From Albugo candida (taxonomy: Eukaryota), in contig JBDOQK010000046.1 in assembly GCA_040437565.1 (NCBI GenBank), positions 186,001 through 250,000 of the forward strand: a stretch of DNA of 64,000 nt, in the 5' to 3' direction. This document shows, piece by piece, positions 59,191-64,000 of this stretch. The translations under genes and the position numbers were made by a program. The stretch's first letter is position 1. Every line of letters starts with the position of its first letter. The notes beneath the pieces are model-generated. The model was given only the letters and a program-made list of their open reading frames with translations, did no database searches and was not told where the DNA came from.

Positions 59191-61159
59191 CAGTACTCTC
59201 TGGAAAGATTGTCCGCTTTTTTTAATTTTCGAATCACAGCCGCAAGGTTGCGCTTGAAAAAAACACTGCCGCGGCCCCAAAAGTTTTAAAATATGGCTGA
59301 AACTGCACAAAAACATACCTTGACAGCCGAGAAACGTTTGCGTATTGTTGGAATGAGGCAGGCTGGTACCAAAATTGGAGAAATTGCCTTCATTTTTAAA
59401 CACACGTGAGCGACAGGTGCAACGCATCATGGAAGGGTGGAATAGAAAAAACACAGTTATGCCAAAGAAAAGCCTTGGAAGGCCAGGAAACCTCCAGGAA
59501 GGGATGTAAGAACTCTAGTACGCAGCACCAAGAGTGCAAGACGTTCAACTCTGGCCGAAATTACCATCAACATGTCAACTAAAGCTGGTCAGACTGCAGT
59601 GAGAGAGACTTTACATGCCGCTGGTCTCTTTGCTCGTGTGGGGGCTAAAAAAGCCTTTTTAAACAGGCCACACACTACTGAAGCTGGACTTTGCAAAAAG
59701 ATACCAGAATTTCACCTTGGAGTTTTGGAAATCAATCTGCTGGAATGATGAGGCCAGCTTTGAAATTGCCAAGAATTTCGCCGCCTCTAGTCTGGAGATC
59801 TACCAATGAGAGGTACCAATCAGACTAAATGGTACCTACTTCCAAGTCAGGGCTTTCTTTTGTGATGGTCTGGGTGCCTTTAATCATAGCAAGAAAAGCC
59901 ATATTGTGCGTATGGCACCAAACCGTTGAGCAGCAGCTGACTTTGTCGCACAAGTGTACGATGGTGAGATGGCTGGCTTTTGGGAAGGCCTTTTCTATGA
60001 AAGTGCCATACTCATGGAAGATGGTGCGCCTATCTATAGCGCAAAAGCGCCCGAAAAATGGCGTGTCGTGCGCAGCGTTTGCAAGCTAGAATGGCCCGCA
60101 AACTAATTTGATCTCAATCCCATTGAGAATGTATGAGCAAAGATGAAAGCAGCCATCCAAAAGCTCCCGAAGGCCAGATATACCGAAAGCTATGGCTCCA
60201 GCTTAAACAAACATGGTCTTCTATTGATCCAGAGTGTACTTCTCAATTTGCCGGATACTAAGTAACCCGCTAATTTAGTAAAAACACCTCGAAAAAACAG
60301 CTTTTTCAACTCTTTCCTTTCGAAAACAATGGTTCATGTCGACATATCGACACAACCCAGGGTGCTAGTGTCCACTCGTAGTGACGTGGCAACCCTCATG
60401 GGTCACCCAGTATTAGGTGATTGCATGATTGTTGATGAGTCGTCACCCCTGTGTGATGACGTGGAAAGTACCCCCACCACCAGTGTGACGGTACAGGGTA
60501 ATACCGGTACTATCGGTGTACGATGTGGTACCGGTGGTACATGCGGTACTGTCGTTGCCTCGTCACAGGGTGACCCAAAGGAAGCTGCACCTGCAAGTGT
60601 GGACGATACTAAAAGTCACACTCTTGCTGACATTATCAAGTCGCAGGAGTCCTTGCGTAAGGACCAGGCTAGAGCTNNNNNNNNNNNNNNNNNNNNNNNN
60701 NNNNNNNNNNNNNNNNNNNNNNNNNNNNNNNNNNNNNNNNNNNNNNNNNNNNNNNNNNNNNNNNNNNNNNNNNNNNGTATATATGTTATTTAAGATAGCC
60801 TAGGCAACTAGAGAAGTCAGTTAGTCTAATTCTAGTAATATAGACACCTTCAACTGTGATCCAGAGTGGATAAAGCATCTTGTTAACTCCATGCCAGAGA
60901 GGATCAAAGCAGTAATTGAAGCAAAAGCGGGTTATACTGGCTGGTAGCATGTAATTTGTTTTATAGATTATTATCATCCTAAAATCATCATTCGGAAAAA
61001 AACTCTGAAGGATTGCAGCGTTGTATACTGTAAAATTTTGTACCAGATTTTTTTGGCAGATTACTCATCAGGCTTGTGTACCATGCTTCGGAAGTCAAAG
61101 TGTTTGTTTCATAAAGCGGTTAACATCTGGTTGCGGATAATCCATTCCGGGGGGTACTG
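59191..61159 (+). mobile_element. Decayed Tc1-family transposon
   Basis: TIR CAGTACTCTCTGGAAAGATTGTCCGC pairs with GCGGATAATCCATTCCGGGGGGTACTG|TA. Motifs: GRP, WNDEASF, MEDGAPI, WPA..DLNPIENV, SMPERIKAVIEAKAGYT. Confidence 0.85.
60237..60856 (+). mobile_element. Probable LINE (copy 2) with 12-bp TSD, interior lost in N gap
   Basis: Exact TSD TGATCCAGAGTG at 60225-36 and 60857-68. Removing the insert restores Tc1 WSSIDPEWIKHLVNSMP. An ORF1-like reading frame runs open from 60329. No TIR or LTR. Confidence 0.7.
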
Positions 61160-61732
61160 TACAGCAGCAATTCTCTCTTGTAGATGAGCTGTGTGGCTTC
61201 CAGCCATTCTTTTTCCTCTTCACCTTCCCCCCTTCCTTCCTCTTCCTCCTCTCAACTCCAGTCTGACTTGATGCTCTGACAGTCGAGATCCTCTGCTGCC
61301 TCCACCTCTTTCTGCTGTTGCTTCTGCGCCTGAAGTTACCTCTTCTTGTTGTTGGCTTGGTTCAACTTGGCTAATAGGGCCAGTCTTCTTTTTTTCGGTG
61401 GAGCCATTATTAATAGGAAACATATTGAGATCGTTTTTTTTTTAAATTTGTTTTCTAATGCGAAACAGTGTAATTAAATCCTTGTACGAGTTTGTGATAA
61501 ATGATTGCTGATTGTCAAGTGATTGATGCAAAGTTGATACGGAATGATCTTATTGGCTGAGGGCATTATTATAGCCGCTCCCTTTGAATCTCAAAAAATG
61601 TTAAATTTAATTAAATATATTCGAAAAAAAAAGTCTGGTTAATTAAAAAATCTCTCTGGATCTGTTAGGGAGCTTTCTGCCCGAAGTTGAAACAAAAAAT
61701 TAAATTGTTGGTTCTTGGGGAGTTGCACCATA

Positions 61733-62464
61733 TCGATATCCCGACAACTTTTTTCTTAAATTGCAGCTAGTTTTCAGTTACATTGCGTCATGTCTACTTA
61801 AATTATTACTCTCACAGCTCTTTTGATAAATAAAGAAGTTTATTTTTCTAACTAAAAGAAGTCATTTACGTCTCAGGCTAATTCTAGAAATATGGATACA
61901 TAAATAGACGATTCATTGCCAGTTTTTTGTAGTTAAGCGAGAATGCGTCGTAAAGGCACAGCAATTATCATGTACCAATGCCAAAAATAAAATGTGTTAG
62001 GAAAACTATCAACTTACTAGAGCTTGACCTGGACCTGAGCTAGCCAAAGTTGCGTTCCTCACAGGTGGCGCGGTATTGCCAATTTGCATCTACCTGAAGT
62101 TATTTTGCATCTGAGTAGCTTGCCAATGATTACTTTTTCACATGCAAAGGTATCATCACTTTTCCATTTGCCACTATAGAAAGTAAGAGTAGAATGTGTC
62201 GAGTGGAAAATGTCATATGCAATAGCCGATCACACTTGATACTTTCTGTGTATTAGCCAATCACTTCTCGATCGAAGTTGTTGGAGCAACAAATTAGGGT
62301 GTGTATGGATGTCATTAGTTCGAAATGTAAAATCATATATGCAGTTTTCAAAAAAGAAAAAGTTGTGAGAGTAATAATCAAACTAGGCATACTGTAATTT
62401 AAAAAAAAGGGGTATCAATACCCAGATTTGATTTGAAAAAAAAATTGTCGGGATCTCAATACCC
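61733..62464 (-). mobile_element. Non-autonomous family-B MULE derivative (MITE-like)
   Basis: GATATCCCGACAACTTTT... and ...AAAATTGTCGGGATCTCAATACCC are inverted ends. Bases 62185-62400 correspond to the reverse complement of about 32850-33060. Confidence 0.7.
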
Positions 62465-64000
62465 TTTCAATGTTCGTGTATAAAATTGAACCGATTTTTC
62501 GGAAGTATGTTTGGCTTTCTTCCACAGGAATACACAACACTCGCAGCCCTAGCTCACAAAATTCACAAGCTTATACGGGTAGATCGCAGGTCGTGTATGT
62601 ATGGATACTTTGTCTTCCAAATCCAATCAAGTAATAAATTTTCGCTCTATAGCATTCCTTGACGAACAAGTCTTATGTATCCTATCGAATGTCAGTAAAT
62701 CATGATTGATCATGGATACATATGTAATCATTTGGCGTTGTGCAGACGGATGCTAAGCTTAAATGGTACAAGCTGGATAATAAATCGTGCTGTCAAGTCC
62801 CAAGTGTGACAAGCGTGGATTAGTATGAGGATATACTTTGAGTTCCGGGCTCTTATCTGCAATCCTAGTATATGAGAATGGAATAATGGTATGCGACTCA
62901 GTATGTTCCATTTCTACAGTATTAAAAGTAGAAANNNNNNNNNNNNNNNNNNNNNNNNNNNNNNNNNNNNNNNNNNNNNNNNNNNNNNNNNNNNNNNNNN
63001 NNNNNNNNNNNNNNNNNNNNNNNNNNNNNNNNNNTAAATCGTGCTGTCAAGTCCCAAGTGTGACAAGCGTGGATTAGTATGAGGATATACTTTGAGTTCC
63101 GGGCTCTTATCTGCAATCCTAGTATATGAGAATGGAATAATGGTATGCGACTCAGTATGTTCCATTTCTACAGTATTAAAAGTAGAAAATGAGCTTTCTG
63201 ACATTACGCCACCGAGATCCCGAACGGATTTAGGAATGAGTATGTGTCTAGGTATTCAAGGATGTATGGGTGTGTGTTTTGAATGTCTTGGATACAATCG
63301 AAAAGTGTGTCTTATACACGAATTTACTATGTTGGAAAGCGAGATGTAAGCATTTTGTTCGAATCAAACCTTCTTTCGATCATAGTCCTGCGGGAAGGTG
63401 ATACAATACCATACTCAAGAAAAACTTGACGCATGAAGCTACTTTTATTGTACCTTCTATCCTTCCTTTCAGCTATATGTGCTTGAGTCATAAAATCACA
63501 TCAATGAATAAGCTGATTTCAAAAATAGTCAGCCATCAATCAATAGTATGTTGAACGCTCAGTTGGCGACATCGAGTCCGTGTGATTTGATTGTAGCTAT
63601 CGTGATCTTCTACGATCTGGATCAATCAATTTATATGCTGTAGATATGCTGAAGAAGTAATTTATATTCGGCGCGAATATGTGCTCGCATTGCTTACACG
63701 CATGAATTCTCTTTATTCAAAGCCAAAATTCTCGGCTGAGGATTGCTGTAAATCAGCTAGGTGCTAAGCCGTCATAGCATCTCAGCTGTGCTAGAATATG
63801 CTATAGTTGACATTAGAACGTGAGTGAAGAGCTTTCAATTAGATCCAGTAAGGTAAACTCGAACTGAATTTTTCTCCAAACCGCTTGCAAAATCCGCTTT
63901 GCTGCGATTCTGGAAACGATGTCGGTGATGGGTTTTAGATTTGATGGGACACTATTGATCTAATACAATTGATGTCGTTTATTTGCATTGCCTGCTTTAA

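Larger units (their letters stand above)
56714..61730 (-). mobile_element. IS630/Tc1-mariner-like element (FHCE-motif DDE family) with short TIRs and TA TSD; host of nested insertions
   Basis: TA|TGGTGCAACTCCCC (56714) ... GGGGAGTTGCACCA|TA (61730). The minus-strand broken transposase has KNRDG..SEDMVKQV.EKA..F...HPGC and QPDFAEQKSTLE...AEFHCECNFIERCWG, with its N-terminus at 61423. Confidence 0.75.

Noticed and set aside
62700-63349. Cys-rich ORF (CFECL) as a CCG effector
   Set aside because: No ATG or signal peptide in frame, short, and partly within a gap duplicate.

Overview
Eukaryotic draft-assembly scaffold with 100-N gaps, most likely an oomycete, possibly Albugo-like. This is an inference from a tubular-mastigoneme gene, a PX-tailed myosin, compact 53-64 nt GT-AG introns and an INR/FPR-like promoter motif. 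The window has a 'two-speed' layout. Two gene-dense blocks (3.5-16.7 kb and 23.5-29.5 kb) encode a mastigoneme EGF protein, a spliced Mdm35/TRIAP1-like twin-CX9C + LEA-repeat fusion, a tandem-PH protein, a myosin with IQ/PX/GAT-like tail, PGK, a FYVE-TM protein, a coiled-coil protein, a CocE/S15-family hydrolase lacking its nucleophile Ser, ATG13 and an RWDD3-like protein. The rest (0-0.7, 18-20.6 and 31-64 kb) is mostly a graveyard of nested, decayed transposons: several MULE families, Ty1/copia, Tc1, a second IS630/Tc1-like DDE family, a probable LINE and a tRNA-derived SINE. It contains one intact orphan ORF that may be secreted, preceded by a diverged ~230-bp x4 tandem array. Six apparent duplications flanking N gaps are assembly overlaps. 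All calls are by-eye motif recognition; no searches were run.
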